64,000 bases of DNA, from NCBI RefSeq assembly GCF_018350175.1, contig NC_058368.1:138386001-138450000 (forward strand), read 5' to 3'. Source of the DNA: Felis catus. Lineage: Eukaryota. The position numbers and the translations under genes are program-made. Shown one piece after another: positions 25,781 through 38,559 of this stretch (positions within the stretch are counted from its first letter, which is position 1; every line of letters begins with the position of its first letter). Under the pieces are notes generated by a model that was not told the origin of the DNA, did no database searches, and saw only the letters and a list, made by a program, of their open reading frames with translations.

Positions 25781-26844
25781 TAAAATTCTCTTTTTTATAT
25801 AAAAAAAATGGGGGGAGCATGAGAAATACATGAAATGGGTCTGTTTCTTAGGGTTTGTACTATTTGCAGGTAGTATTATGGCATTATTAATAATGAGAAA
25901 AGCAAGGAACTGCTTGGTGAAATGATATTACCAAAGGCATTTTTCCCTTGTGTTTGCCTGGAGGGAGTGGTCTACTCACCTTGGCCTTGCTCCACACGCT
26001 AAACTTTTGTAGGGGCACGTCGTTAGTTTGAGTGACAGAAACATGTTCTGCACCCTTCATAGACATCCATTATTCTGTGTTCTTGAAACATTTTCTTGCA
26101 CATCAAGTTGTATTTCATACCATTTACACAACCACAGCCCTAGACGGCTTGTCTTTGATGTTAAATGGAAGATGTCAGGACAAAGAAAATGGCCACACAT
26201 GATTGTAAACCTAACAAGTGAGACAGGAACGTCTGCTCTACGACATTTAAAACACGTTACTATAAAACATATGAGGAGTTTATTTCTTACTGCCTTTCAT
26301 TTTTACTTTAGGCTTTACAACTAATCTATTGATGTATATTATGAGAAATAAAGATTTAGTAAAATATAGTGAGCTGTGGTTTAAAATTAAAAACGGAGTA
26401 AGACTGTCCTGGATGGGAGATAGGTGCTTTTTGGCACAGCAGCCTTGCTCACAAGTCTCTGCCCTATTTTCCGAAGCGTTGGTCACTCTTTATGTTGCAG
26501 TAATGGAAAAATACTCTTTGTGAAATATTATAGTCATTTTGCATGAGTGGATATGACTGCTAACACAAGTGACTTGGTGAGTCTGTAAGGACAAGAAATG
26601 GCCCACTTATGCCACCTCGGGTCCTCCCATGTGATGAGAAGCTTTGTATGGAGGCTGGGCACAGTTAGGGGGCGCGGTCTCGTTTTAAATCACGGTTGTG
26701 TGCCATCTCCACCGATTTGCTTGCTCTCCATGTTTCAGATTCCTCTTCGATAAAATACGGATGGTAATAATAGAGCCCTAGCTCGAACGGGGTGGAGACC
26801 ACATAGTTTAATCTTTGTGAAGTGCCATAGCACGTGCTGCTCCT

Positions 26845-27237
26845 GTGTCAAGAGGACCCTTTTGCAGGCACCCATACCTGCCCCCCCAGCTGCAGGTTTG
26901 GGCTGCTAAGAACGCACACGTGTCTTGCTGGCCATGCTTGATTTGCACTTTCCCCCACTTTAGCACACCAGAGGTGGCCCATAGCCCATTACGGACTGAT
27001 TCCCAGATCTAAGAGCCAGTGCCATTTCTTCCGGGAGGGACCAATGCTGGGATTCCATTCAGATCCAGAGCTCTAGTGGGATCATGCTGGAACTAGACTT
27101 CTCTAGAAACCACACTTTGCCTGGCTTCTTTCCTTGCCCTGTTCCTCTCACCCCTGTACTCATTTCTCCTCCATGACAGGAGGAGCTTGCACAGGAATCC
27201 GCATCTCAGACTTTGCTAGGGAACTTCACCTGAGACC
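26845..27237 (+). mobile_element. ERVL LTR16C-like solo LTR
   Basis: cagatccagagctc..gtgggatca.gctg..ctagacttc..gaaaccaca...gaatcc.catctcag..agggaac..acctgagac, recalled LTR16C pattern. Confidence 0.7.
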
Positions 27238-28557
27238 AGTCCTTCATAGAGTGCTTGGTACTTAGTACTCATTCAATAAATGTGAGCAACCATCAGGGCT
27301 TGAAAATAATCACATTTTAAAACTCGAAATCAGGTGTCTGAACTGGAGACTTCATTGTTTAGAATGGAGTTTGATTTGTCATCAAAACCGGAAAATAAAT
27401 GCTTCTACAATCAACTGTCTTTAAATTTTTTTTTCTTTTACCAGCCAGGCTTGAGGGCCTGAAGGGCAGGACCCAGAGGTTTCAGGAAGTGGTCAGAGCA
27501 AGGGCTGAAGGTGTACAGGCACAGTGGGGAGACGCCAGGACCAACTCCTTACCTGGGGAGCAGGTGGCGTCTCAGTTGTCCTGGTTTCAGAGTCTGAGGG
27601 CTACAACAGGGGAGGAACGGCAAAGCAGAAGAAAAGACAAGGCATCCATGACTTGGAAACAGAAATGGTCCCATCCTGGCTCATTTCTTGAGGTACGGGG
27701 GGCCGGTTTGAACCCTGGGGTTCAGTTGTTTGGGGTAACCAGACCTGAAACATGGTTTTGTTCAAATCATCAAGGCAGAGAAAACTCCTCTCACTGTTGG
27801 GAAGGAAGAGGGAACGGTCAAGGAAGAAAGGAGAGGAGCGGGAGGGAGCTTTAGCGGTCAGAAACTCATGACCCTTCTGGCATAGCAGGGGAGAGAAAGG
27901 AACTATCTAGATTTAGTATGGTAGACACAGAGAGAATTCTGAGTGAAGCTTAACTCCTAAGCTGAATCATACGTGTTGAAAGGCAGACACTATTCCCTCC
28001 TGGCATGTGTTGCTACAGGAGAAGAGCCATTACAAAGAGCTAAGGGGGCCATGTTTCAGGAGCAGAGCCCCCCCAAAGGAGCGATACCACAAGCAGTAGG
28101 TGGCAGTGAGTGCCAGAAGTGACAGAACAGGCAGCTGAGCCTGATATTTTCAGCTTCATAAATCCAGAGGCAGTCAGGAGGAAGTTCTCTTCCATTTAAC
28201 ATCCCATGGTCGGGAGATCCGAGACCTGTGCACCTTGCAGTTTATTACAACCGTTTCATCAACAGCCACCAACTGGCTTTTTCTCCTCGAAGATGTGTCC
28301 TTGTCATCAACATCATTTACAGCAGAGAAGTTTGAGACACTCGTGTATAGGCAAAACACTGGCTTCCTGGGACTTCGAATCTGACACCAATTTGCCTTAC
28401 GTTCAGGATTGTTCACATAGTAGAAACAATGGGGAAGGAGGATGTTCCAGAGCTCAGGTTCATGATAGTTAACAAAGCCCTTGCCCTAGGTCCTGAGTTC
28501 ACTTGCCTGGAATGGCAGCAAGTACTATGTATTGGGACTATTTTATTTGAAAAAAAA

Positions 28558-28761
28558 ATTTTTATGTTTATTTTTGAGAGAGACAGGGACAGAGCGCAAG
28601 TGGGGGAGGGGCAGAGAGAGAGGGAGACACAGAATCCGAAGCAGGCTTCAGGCTCTGAGCTGTCAGCACTGAACCTGACATGGGGCTCGAACCCACGAAC
28701 CGTGAGATCATGACCTGAGCTGAAGTCGGACACTCAACTGACTGAGCCACCCAGGTGCCCC
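28558..28761 (-). mobile_element. CanSINE inserted in a MIR
   Basis: TSD-like tattgggactatttt / tattgggactgtttt; MIR text on both flanks. Confidence 0.94.
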
Positions 28762-29181
28762 ATATTGGGACTGTTTTAGAGTTAACTTTGCATGTTGTCC
28801 TGGTCAACCCTCAACACAGTGATATTGTTATTTCCTTCCGTTTATTTTATTTTGAAAGAGAAAATTAAGGTTCAGAGAACCGAACTCAGCTAGGAATTGG
28901 GAAAATCAGCATTTGGATCCAGCCCATTTGCCTGAGAATCTGGTGTTTCTTTATTAGAGAAAAGGGCACAGTCCCAGGAGCTCCTCCCTGGCTCAGTCGA
29001 AAAAGCATGTGACTCTTGGTCCTCTTGTTCTTCGAGGAAATACCAGATTCTTGTCTTCTTCCTGCTTTCATGCAGAAGTTAGCATTTTATAAACCTCATT
29101 TAATACCTTTCTTTTTTCATTTAACTCTACAGGCTAGAGATCTTTCCATATCAAGTTACAGGGATCTTCCTCATGCTTTTT

Positions 29182-29259
29182 TTACAGTTATTTAGAATTA
29201 CAGTTATTTAGAATTTAGAATGTAGTAAATTAGAATTCCAATTTAGAATTAGAATTTAG
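29182..29259. repeat. 16-bp tandem duplication plus degenerate (TTAGAA)n
   Basis: TTACAGTTATTTAGAA x2 at 29182-29213, followed by several TTAGAA units. Confidence 0.8.
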
Positions 29260-31024
29260 TTATTACATGGATGTCCTGTAATTAATCGAATCAGTGCCCT
29301 ACTGATGAAAATTTGATTTGCTCCCTATTTTTCATTATTACAAAATACCGCAAGGGGTAATCTTGCACAGTCATCCTTTAGCGCTTTAAGGCAAGGCATC
29401 TGGACGTACCCTTGACTTCCTTTCTCTTGCCGTTGGATACATCGTACCGGGAAACACGTGAAGCATCCAGCTCTCTGTGACCTGTCTTAGAGAAACAGAA
29501 CGAGCTCAGGTTCGGGGGCCAGAATAACCTGAGTCCCAGTTTTAGCTTGGTCACTTTCTGTCTAGGCCATCTTGGGCGAGGTTTTTATCCTTTCTGGGCT
29601 TTAACTCCTTCCTCTGGGAAAGAGGGAAAATCATGGAACCCATCAAAAGTGGCTGTGGTAGGGCTTAGAGATAATATGTGGAAAGCACACCAAGTGTTCA
29701 TTAAAGGTTGCCATTATTTTGTAGAATTATCCTGAAATCCATGCTTATAAATATACTCTTTACGTCTGTGTCGTTGAGATATGGCCTCTACCTGGCACCC
29801 ATATTAATGACTCATAACCTCGACTACAGATCCATCTCATTATTGATGGTTTGACTCTTTGTAAGTGGTTTATGAGTGGTTTGCCACATCCCGTTGATGA
29901 GAGAGTGTTCCTCTTGATAGAGCCACATTAAGCTCTAACCACACTCTTATAACGTCAAAGGACTCTGACTTATTAATTCTTTAGAAAACACTTTTTCTTA
30001 CTATTCGGTTCAGCCCCTTAGGCTGACCCCTAAAAGGAACCAAGGTTTATCTAGGGTCAGATAAGCTTGGAAATCCTACAAATAGGGCCACCCACAGTCA
30101 CATAGTCCAGTGACAGGTGTCTGGACTCACAAGGAGCAAAGACCCACGGAATACAGAGCAGACGTCTTCCAGCACCGATCTGAGAGTTGCTGCTTCCAAT
30201 TCTCCTGTTTCATCTTTTTTGTATTTCTTGACACCCAAATCAGCACACAGAGGGCTGTGTCCTCCTGGCGAAGGAAACGAACACTTTCTGAAAAACAGAC
30301 CACTCTGGTGATGGCAGTAATGCGATGATGGATTACCCTTATGCTTCCTCATACTCTGAATCCATTAAGAGCAGAGAATTGAATTCTACCTAGTCAGGAC
30401 CCTCATTCCTTTCCTTAATTGCTTTTTAAACTACTGAAATGAAAAGCTGCAAACAAGGCACATATTAGCTACTCCACCCATTTTCAGCCCATTCCTACCC
30501 CCGTCCCATCTTATGCCCTTCAAAGTAGTACAGCAGCAAAACGTGCAAAACTGAGTCAGTCACGTATTGTTTAGGCGACCAAAGGAAAATCTGTTAATGG
30601 GACTGGCGGTTTTTACAGCGGAAAAGGGTGAGCTGTGGAATGGCCTATGTGCAAAGGATTTTTCCGTGCCATTCAGAGTAATGAGATCCTGTGGTAGCTT
30701 CTTCCTGAATTGAAATCACTGACAATGTATTTGCATATTCGTTTTTGGACACTTCGATCTAAAAACCAGTGTACGGGGGAAGTCAGTCTAACATCAGAAA
30801 ATTGTAGGTACTTGAAAATAAAGGAAAAATTCTCTCCCGAGCTGATCTCTTTCCTCAACATGTTTATGGTCTTGAAGGAGAGGTGGAAGACTGAGTATCT
30901 TGAGATAATGCTCACTGCCTATTTCAAGGCGATAAAGAAATCTGATAAAGATTGGTGGCAGGGTTATTGACCTATGGTATTGGCAGTTTTTGACTTTTAT
31001 ATTTTCAAGGACTAACTCCAGCCT

Positions 31025-31216
31025 TTTATATGGTTATGGAGATTTGAGCGGCAATGTTCTTGTATCTATATTGTGTAACAACGGTAGTTGCTACCTACAT
31101 GTGCTATATGCATTTAAACTAATTAAAATTAAATCAGATTAGGATTTCAGGTCCTTAGTGACACTTGTTACATATCTAGTGCCCTATATCCCCATCTGTC
31201 TATTGGACAGTGCAGC
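31025..31216. mobile_element. MER3-like hAT MITE
   Basis: ggcaatgttct.gtatct...aattaaaattaaa...tattggacagtgcag. Confidence 0.65.
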
Positions 31217-31368
31217 TCTAGGATATAGAAAGGGGCAGGTATCTTTGTGAATGGATGTTAATCTGCCCGGACTGAATGTGATGGAGAACTCTACAATGGT
31301 TAATTTACTAATTAGCATCCTCTTGTAAAAGCGTTTCTTCCATATTAGTGTGGGACCGTACTCCGCTT

Positions 31369-31508
31369 TCTAACATCCCTAAACATGGTTACCTATGGAG
31401 AGGGGGGCTTGCAAATTAAAGTTCATGCATTCATGGCTCTAACATCCCTAAACATCGTTACTTATGGAGAGGGGGGCTTGCAAATTAAAGTTCATGCATT
31501 CATGGCTC
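31369..31508. repeat. 69-bp tandem duplication (2 mismatches)
   Basis: 31369-31437 vs 31438-31506 (TCTAACATCCC...TTCATGGC); TC microhomology at the end. Confidence 0.96.
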
Positions 31509-32159
31509 AAGACACAGTTAAGCATAACTTCGTTAAGGTAGCGATCAACCCGTCTGAATCACAAGTGTGTCCAAAATTCTTGATTTAAAAAAGAAAAACT
31601 GACACAGGACCAGCTGTGGACCTGCATGGGTAGATAATGTTCCCACTAGGGGCAAAGAAATGCATCTTTTGCATATTGTTATCTATAAGCATATGCAAAC
31701 TTCCTGTCATTTGAAATAACACGTGAGTTGGGTCAGATATATGTGAAAATGAGCAAACACATAAAAGTTCCAAAACTAAATGGTCTGCATTTTTTGATAA
31801 CGATTTCACTCTCAAGCCTGATGACTAAGTTTACCTTGCCTTGATGCAAAAAGGATATGAAGCAATGTTGTGTGTTTTGTAAGGAAAGTCTAATCATTGT
31901 TGAATACTCCTATGTTCTTTCAAAGATATCTGTAAGGAACTTACTGGCTGTTATCTCTCCCGCCCTCACTACCTGCCCTCCCAACCCCATCTCCTGCCAG
32001 CATTATTATTCTAGCAGATACCACCAAAATGAACACCACCAGAGGAAGTCTTGAAAGGAGGACAAAAATTGAAAGCATTAAATATGAATATCAGTATGAA
32101 TTATTCTACGAGTTTCCTCTAGGGGGACAAAGGTGGTGATATGGGCTTATGTGATATGC

Positions 32160-32355
32160 ATAAAATAACTAACTTTAGAGGCTTATTCTGTGCCAGGCAC
32201 TCTTCTCTACATCTACTCATTATCACAAGAGCCCTATTTTTTTAATGAGGAAATTGAAACAGGGAGAGGTTAAGTACTTTACCCAAGCTCACGTAACCAT
32301 GCTACAAAGCCAAGTCTAGGGCCATAGTCTGTGCTCTTACCATGAGGCTCACTAC
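32160..32355 (-). mobile_element. MIR
   Basis: tgtgccaggcact...atgaggaaattgaaacagggagaggttaagtacttt.cccaag. Confidence 0.75.
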
Positions 32356-34142
32356 TTGTCTGTTTGTATCTTTTGTCTGCTTAAGCACTTGCTGAGCTGT
32401 GTCCTTTGTCCCCAGTTCAGTCTGGTAAGGTGGTCTTGTTCCTTGAGCTGTATGAAAGTCTCAGAGTGCAGGATATGAGCCATGTAGCATGTGTCACGAT
32501 TTATCTGGAAGGTGGAAGGTGGGGTAAATAACCACTGGGAGGCTCACTTCCACTCTTCCCTCATGGGGGTTCCTTGTGTTACCATGTGTGGAGGGGTGAG
32601 CGGCTTGCCCCAAACCACCCCCTCCTTTCACCCGTAACAATCATGCCTTGGTCCAGACCTAGGATTCCTCAGGAAAGCCAGGAGAGGTGTGGTTCCTATC
32701 CTGTGAGCAGACTTTTTCGGCTCTTGGGTGGACTTACAGGAACCAGGCACTTGTGAAGCCCAGAGGGCATGCATTGTCCCTTAGGGATAGAAAATTGTCT
32801 TTGGTAGGGTCCAGCTGGTGTTGTTTCCCTTGGGTAAGGCCAGTGTAAACAGACTCTCAGCTCCAAAACACTTCGGCATGAAAGCCTCATATCTTACAAT
32901 TAAAACTCAAGAGAGTTTGAAAAGCAGATTTGCCTTTGTAGGACCACCAAATTAACCCATTGCTAGTAGCCTCTTGGGTACATAAATGAAAGTACAATGT
33001 CATTAACAAGCAGTCCATCACACTGTCTATCTAGTTAGCTAACACTTAGCTGGCTCATAGTCCGGATCCTTTCTCAGGGGAAGCTGGTGTGGATGGCACA
33101 ACACAGGTGCCGTTAGCAGTCCTGGTGTGTTTGTGTGACTGGGCTGGGAATTTACTCCCCCCACTCCTTATCTGTAGGGGAGTGACTGACAGAAGGTAAG
33201 GTTACAGAGCCAGACTGGAGGCGAGAGAGATCTCTCTTCTCTGCCTGGGTGGTCTCTTTTTTTCTATCGTCTTGAAAAAGATGATTAGATATAGTTCTGG
33301 GGAAGGAAGAGACCTCAGAGATCCCATAGACCCACCTGCATTATTGCCTTGCAGAGAAGAAAACTGAACCTTGCCATGGTAAAATGACATGCCCAAAGGT
33401 ACTTTAATGTCAAAGATTATGATCATGGATGCCATCTGAAGAAAATTCTAATTCTGTCCAAGCTACTCAGTGGAACCAATTAGTAATATAGCTCTCTGAA
33501 AGGTCTTCAGTGCTATTTCTTGGTAAAAGCCTCAATATATGCAGTTCATGCATGGAGCCCCGTGGGCAGAGGGAATTGAGGTGGAAGAAATAGTTGAAAA
33601 ACTGTTTTTACATTTTTTGTAATGGGTACTCTACTAACTGTCTAAAGGGATTGGCGGGGGCTTGTAATGAAAAGGAGGCCTATAATTAAGCCATAAAATA
33701 TAAAAAAAAAGAAAGAAAATACGTAATGGGATAGGGAGTAGCCGTATCAAACTGCTAAGTCAAAGCAGCCGAGGAGAACAACATGAGTAACTTGGTCTCA
33801 TTATCTGTTGGAATATACGAATTCTTCAGATACAACATTTTTGGAGAGTAGATGGTTAGCTTACGATTATTCCTTGCCCGTTTGAGAGTTTTGCAACTAG
33901 TTTTGTTTTGCTTTGTCTTTTCATTCCACCCAGGGAAAGCTTCTGGGGCCAGCCATGATGCTCTGATCCTTAATGGCATTGATGGACAGCGCCCAGGAGG
34001 GGGTGCCAGAAGGCATTCCTGCCATGGCTTCACCCTTACTCGGAGACTTGATGTTCATGGTGCACTGTGTGGTCCCATATCCATGGTCATAGCTTGTGCC
34101 TGGGAGCATACGTTGTCACCGAATCATTTAGCTGTCTTTTTT

Positions 34143-34350
34143 TTTTTAATGTTTATTTATTTTTGACAGAGAGAGAGACAGAGCATGAGCAGGGGAGGGG
34201 CAGAAAGAGACGGAGAGAGAGAATCTGAAGTAGGCTCCAGGCTCTGAGCTGTCAGCACAGAGCCCGACGCGGGGCTCGAACCCACAGACCGCGAGATCAT
34301 GACCTGAGCCGAGGTCGGACGCTCAACCGACTGAGCCACCCAGGTGCCCC
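34143..34350 (-). mobile_element. CanSINE
   Basis: TSD CATTTAGCTGTCTTTTT / CATTTAGTTGTCTTTTT. Confidence 0.96.
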
Positions 34351-35039
34351 CATTTAGTTGTCTTTTTAAAAGACTGTACTTCTAGACTCAAGAACACATT
34401 TGGGCACATGCAAGATAGGACTGCGAGCCAGGGACATCTCATCAGAATTCATTTACCTGAATCAACAGCATATATTGCGTGCCGGCTGCTGTCTCACTCT
34501 TATTGAGGAGCAAGGGATATGATGTGGGTTGGGCCTGAGTGACAGATAGATATGGGTCCGGTGACTTTTAATACAATGTAATGACACAGTCTGACGTAAC
34601 AGAACAGTGGTCAGAATGACCTGTTTGAGGAACACATTAGAAGAGCAGATTCTGCCCAAAGGCATGGGAAGAGGCTTCCCAGGGAACGTGGCATTTGTTT
34701 TGACCCCTTCTTCCACCAGACTGTTAATGAATATCTATTTTCTTCCAGACATTACGGGTGCTGGCATGAACAAAACAGTGTTGGTCCCTCTCGTCATGAA
34801 ACCTGAAGCTATAGGTTACGTATAGAAGGAGAAGGGGATTCCGAGAATATAATTTCAGGAAAAAAAAAAAAAAAAGCCGTGAACGAAGATGAAAACAGCA
34901 TAGTGCTAAAGGCGACCAGATAATCTAAGGGGCATGAAGGAACTTGAACTTAATCCTATAGGCAGCGGAGAGACAGGGAAGGATTTAAGGAGCAGAGAGG
35001 CATCATCTGATTTGTGCTTTCAAAGTTAATTAGCCACAA

Positions 35040-36080
35040 ATATGTAATTATATAAAAAACCATAAAAGTACTAGAGAAAAACATAGGTAAATGTTCCTAT
35101 AATTTTAACTTGGGGAAAAGCTTTCAATGTAAGACATGAAAGGTTAAACCCATACAGAAAAAGATTTGACGAAGATTTCAAAGTTGTATATCACCACCTA
35201 AGCGAAATAAATAAATAATAAAAGTTGTGTACCACCAAACCACTATGAAAAGTTAAAGGGATAAAAGTTAAAAAAAAAAAAAAACAAACTTTCAAAAAGT
35301 TAAAAAAGACATCTGTGAGTTCAAGCCCCACATCGGGCTCTGTGCTGACAGCTCAGAGCCTGGAGCCTGCTTCCGATTCTGTGTCTCCCTCTCTCTCTGC
35401 CCCTCCCCCACTCATGCTCTGTCTCTCTCTATCAAAAAATAAATAAACATAAAAAAAATTTAAAACAGTTAAAAAAGACAAACTGGGGAAAATTGAACAG
35501 GCTTGATATCCAAATGGCTCTTACACATCTATAAGAAAAAGAAGAACAGGTCGTAGAAAGGGAGCCAAGGAAGAAATTCAGATGTGCAAGAAAGGATGAA
35601 AATGTTCAAATGTACTCACACTTCAAACATCTCAAGACAGGTGGATACCATTTTTTTATTTGCCAGATTGAACAGTGATTTTTTTCTTTTTTAATGGTAA
35701 TGCCTAGTGTTAGCGCAGGACTAGAGAGAAACGCTTTCAAGCACTCACGGTTCAAGGGGGGTTTGGGAGAGCAGTTGCTCGTAAGTATCAGAATGAGGAG
35801 ATCCACTGACTCAGCAAATTTATTTTTAGAAATATATGCTGAGGAAACAGGTCCATTCACAAAACCTTTGTTCCATATGGTTTATTCCAATGTTGTTTAT
35901 AATAACAAAACTGAAACCACCAACAAAAATAACAACAGCAAAACACCCCACAAGGAAACAGTGCAAATGCCCCGCCCTAAAATAAAGGATTGATTAAAAA
36001 TGTAATAACCCGGCCACCCACTCAGATTCTGTGCGACTAGGAGAAAGGATAGGACTATTTGCTAACATGGGAATTGGCCC
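35040..36080 (+). mobile_element. Old L1 (L1ME-like) 3' fragments
   Basis: aaccataaaagtactagagaaaaacatagg, tgaaaatgttcaa, ttgtttataata, typical L1 3' text; degraded. Confidence 0.65.
35312..35460 (+). mobile_element. 5'-truncated CanSINE
   Basis: Starts at tctgtgagttcaagccc (A box absent); TSD AGTTAAAAAAGACA on both sides. Confidence 0.92.
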
Positions 36081-36090
36081 ATGGTATATA

Positions 36091-36190
36091 TTATTTTATT
36101 TTAAGTAGGCTCCACGCCCAAGGTGGGGCTTGAACTCACCACCCTGAGAGTCACACACTCTACCTACTGAAGCAGTCAGGCACCACGCCC
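36091..36190 (-). mobile_element. Short old CanSINE (no CT tract)
   Basis: taagtaggctccacgccca..ggggcttgaactcac.accctgag..gtcacacactctacc.actga. Confidence 0.8.
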
Positions 36191-36523
36191 AGGATATATT
36201 TTTAAAGAATAGGAGGTGATGGAAAACTATCATAGCAGGATCTCACTTTTGTAAATACTGATTTTATGCACATATACACAAGATAAAATCTGGGAGAAAA
36301 GGACAACGAAATATGAAATGGTATTTCTGATCATAGCTGGTGTTTTCTCGTGCTGCCCATCGTTTATACTCATGTTCTTCAACACATGTGAATTGATAGA
36401 AGAAATAAATTGGTTGTTGTAACACACGAAGATGATTATCTCAGGTGCAAAATACCAAGGGCATTTAGGAAGCCTTTGCTGTAATCCAGTTAAGAAATGG
36501 GGGAAGCTTATGCTGAACTCTCA

Positions 36524-36705
36524 CAGTTTCTAGCTCTGACTGTACTTCAGAATCACCTACAAAGATATTAAAAAATACTAATTCCGGGATGCAACATAAG
36601 CTAATTAATTCTCTGGTGCGGGGCCTTGACACTGGTATATTTTAACTTCTTCCACCCCACCCCAGGTGGCAAAAATGTGCAGCCAGAGGTAAGACCACTA
36701 CTCTC
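36524..36705. mobile_element. MER5B-like hAT MITE
   Basis: cagaatcacct...aaaaatactaat...ccccaggtg..aatgtgcagccag.ggt.aagaccact. Confidence 0.7.
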
Positions 36706-38559
36706 TAGGGCAGCGGCAGTTAAAAGGAGAGGAGGATTCGATGTTTCTTGGGTGGGATCCCTGAAAATGATAACAATCTTAAGACAAGCATGAAGCTGGC
36801 TTTAGTGGGTTTCCTTTCCTCCTGTATAGCTTTCAAGGTTAAGTGCACTGCTGAAGAGCACAGGAGCACCAGAAAATGGCCTCTGTTGATCTCTCTTCCC
36901 TGCTGCCAGTTGTGGCATTGGCCACTGCATCGTTCCCTGCACACCTGCAGTGCCACAGGCTACAGGAAGAGATCACCCGTCTTCCTAATGCCCTACCTGT
37001 GAGTGGTCACTGCTCACTGAGGCTGACGAAGCAGGGAGCTGGAAACAGTGCAGAGAAAGGGAGACATTTCATATACGTGTGAGAACGAGGCTGGTACTTA
37101 CGTGATGATTTTTTTTTTTTAGGAGAGGTTTTGTTATAAAGCTTGCTAGAGTTTGCCGTTTCGCTAATAATTGCAGTGTGTGTAGGTGTTAGCGAACATT
37201 CCAATAACTGAATGTTTCCAGCAACATGGCAATAGCTTCCCTTAAGGTTTAAAAATTATGATTTGCTTTTAATTACTACCCTTCTTAATAGGTGTTACTC
37301 AAACGGGAAGTAAAACTCCACATATTCTCACCAGCCTTTGATGCTAGGGGTTACTGAGGCAATTTGGAGAGAGATCTTAAAAGGTGCCAAGGAAATACAG
37401 GTCAATTTTAATACATGATGTGCACTGACGTTTTTATTCTAGAGAGCAACAGAGAGACTTTTGTATAGCTGGGGAGGGATTATATCAGAGTTTGGCTACG
37501 GAGACAGGATTTTTCACTTCTTATTGGCTGAAAAAAATAAGCGAAGCCATTATAAACAGTATTGACATATTAATCATGCCTTCCATAATTAAACGCCCCC
37601 TTTAAAAATAGAAGTTACACAATCTGTCTTTCACTTCGTCTTTGACTTTCATCCCAACACTAGTGGGAGGAAATGAGCTCTGGTTGGAATCAAAGTTGAA
37701 AGTGACTCTGACTTTGCAGAGAGCAACGGTGTCGAGGAGGAGAACTTGACTATATGTTCTCTCCCACTCTGGGTCAGTATTTTGGGAGATGGGAGAGAAG
37801 GTGGGGAAACAGGACAGGAAATGGCAGAGCTTCCACCAAAGGTCAAAGGGAGATTGAGATAACGGACTGCATCCCAGACCCGATGCTGACAGCTCAAAAT
37901 TCAGTTGTGTAAATACGGACTCAGAACTCACTCCCAAAAGTCACGGTGAGGTCAGGGACGTTTGGGAGAGAGACAACGTGGAGGGTGAGATGAGGGGCTA
38001 GGTGAGCAGCTCTCAAGTTACTATTCCAGTCGGTCGTGGACATCAAAGCATGTGTCTTCCTTAACTGGCAGGTAAAAGAGCTACGCAGGTGACAGGGAGC
38101 CTCTGGGCAGATAAGAACCAAAATAGCTGAGCTTCAGATCGTCAGTCTTTCTGCTTCACTGAAACCGGTCCTCTCTACTAGGGTGTCAGTCCCAGCTGCG
38201 ACTCACCATAAAGCCCTAAAGGCAGAGGCTGCGGTTATGTAGTCCGCAGATTCTAATATGCCCATGCGGCAACTTAATGAAATTGATCAGCAGCATCTCC
38301 ATTTTCATTTTTAAGGATATGAGTGTACGTAGTAAATAAAATTCAAACAATTTTATGCCTTTGGGTAAGGGAATACAATGAAGACTAAGTCTCTCTCTTC
38401 CCTTCGCTGTCCCCTAGACCCCCTTTCCCATTTCCCCTCCCTGGAGACAATCCCCGTTCTTCATTTGTAAACATCCTACCAGAGACAGATCTCTTCCTCC
38501 TTCCTCTCCTCCTCCTCCATCGTCTCCCCGCCCCCCTCCACCCCCAACACGTCCACTTC

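Noticed and set aside
27399..27854. 151-aa ORF
   Set aside because: No recognisable protein, splice structure or codon pattern; expected by chance.
30710..30970. 86-aa ORF with a protein-like look
   Set aside because: Non-ATG start, no recognised homology, no supporting neighbouring exons.
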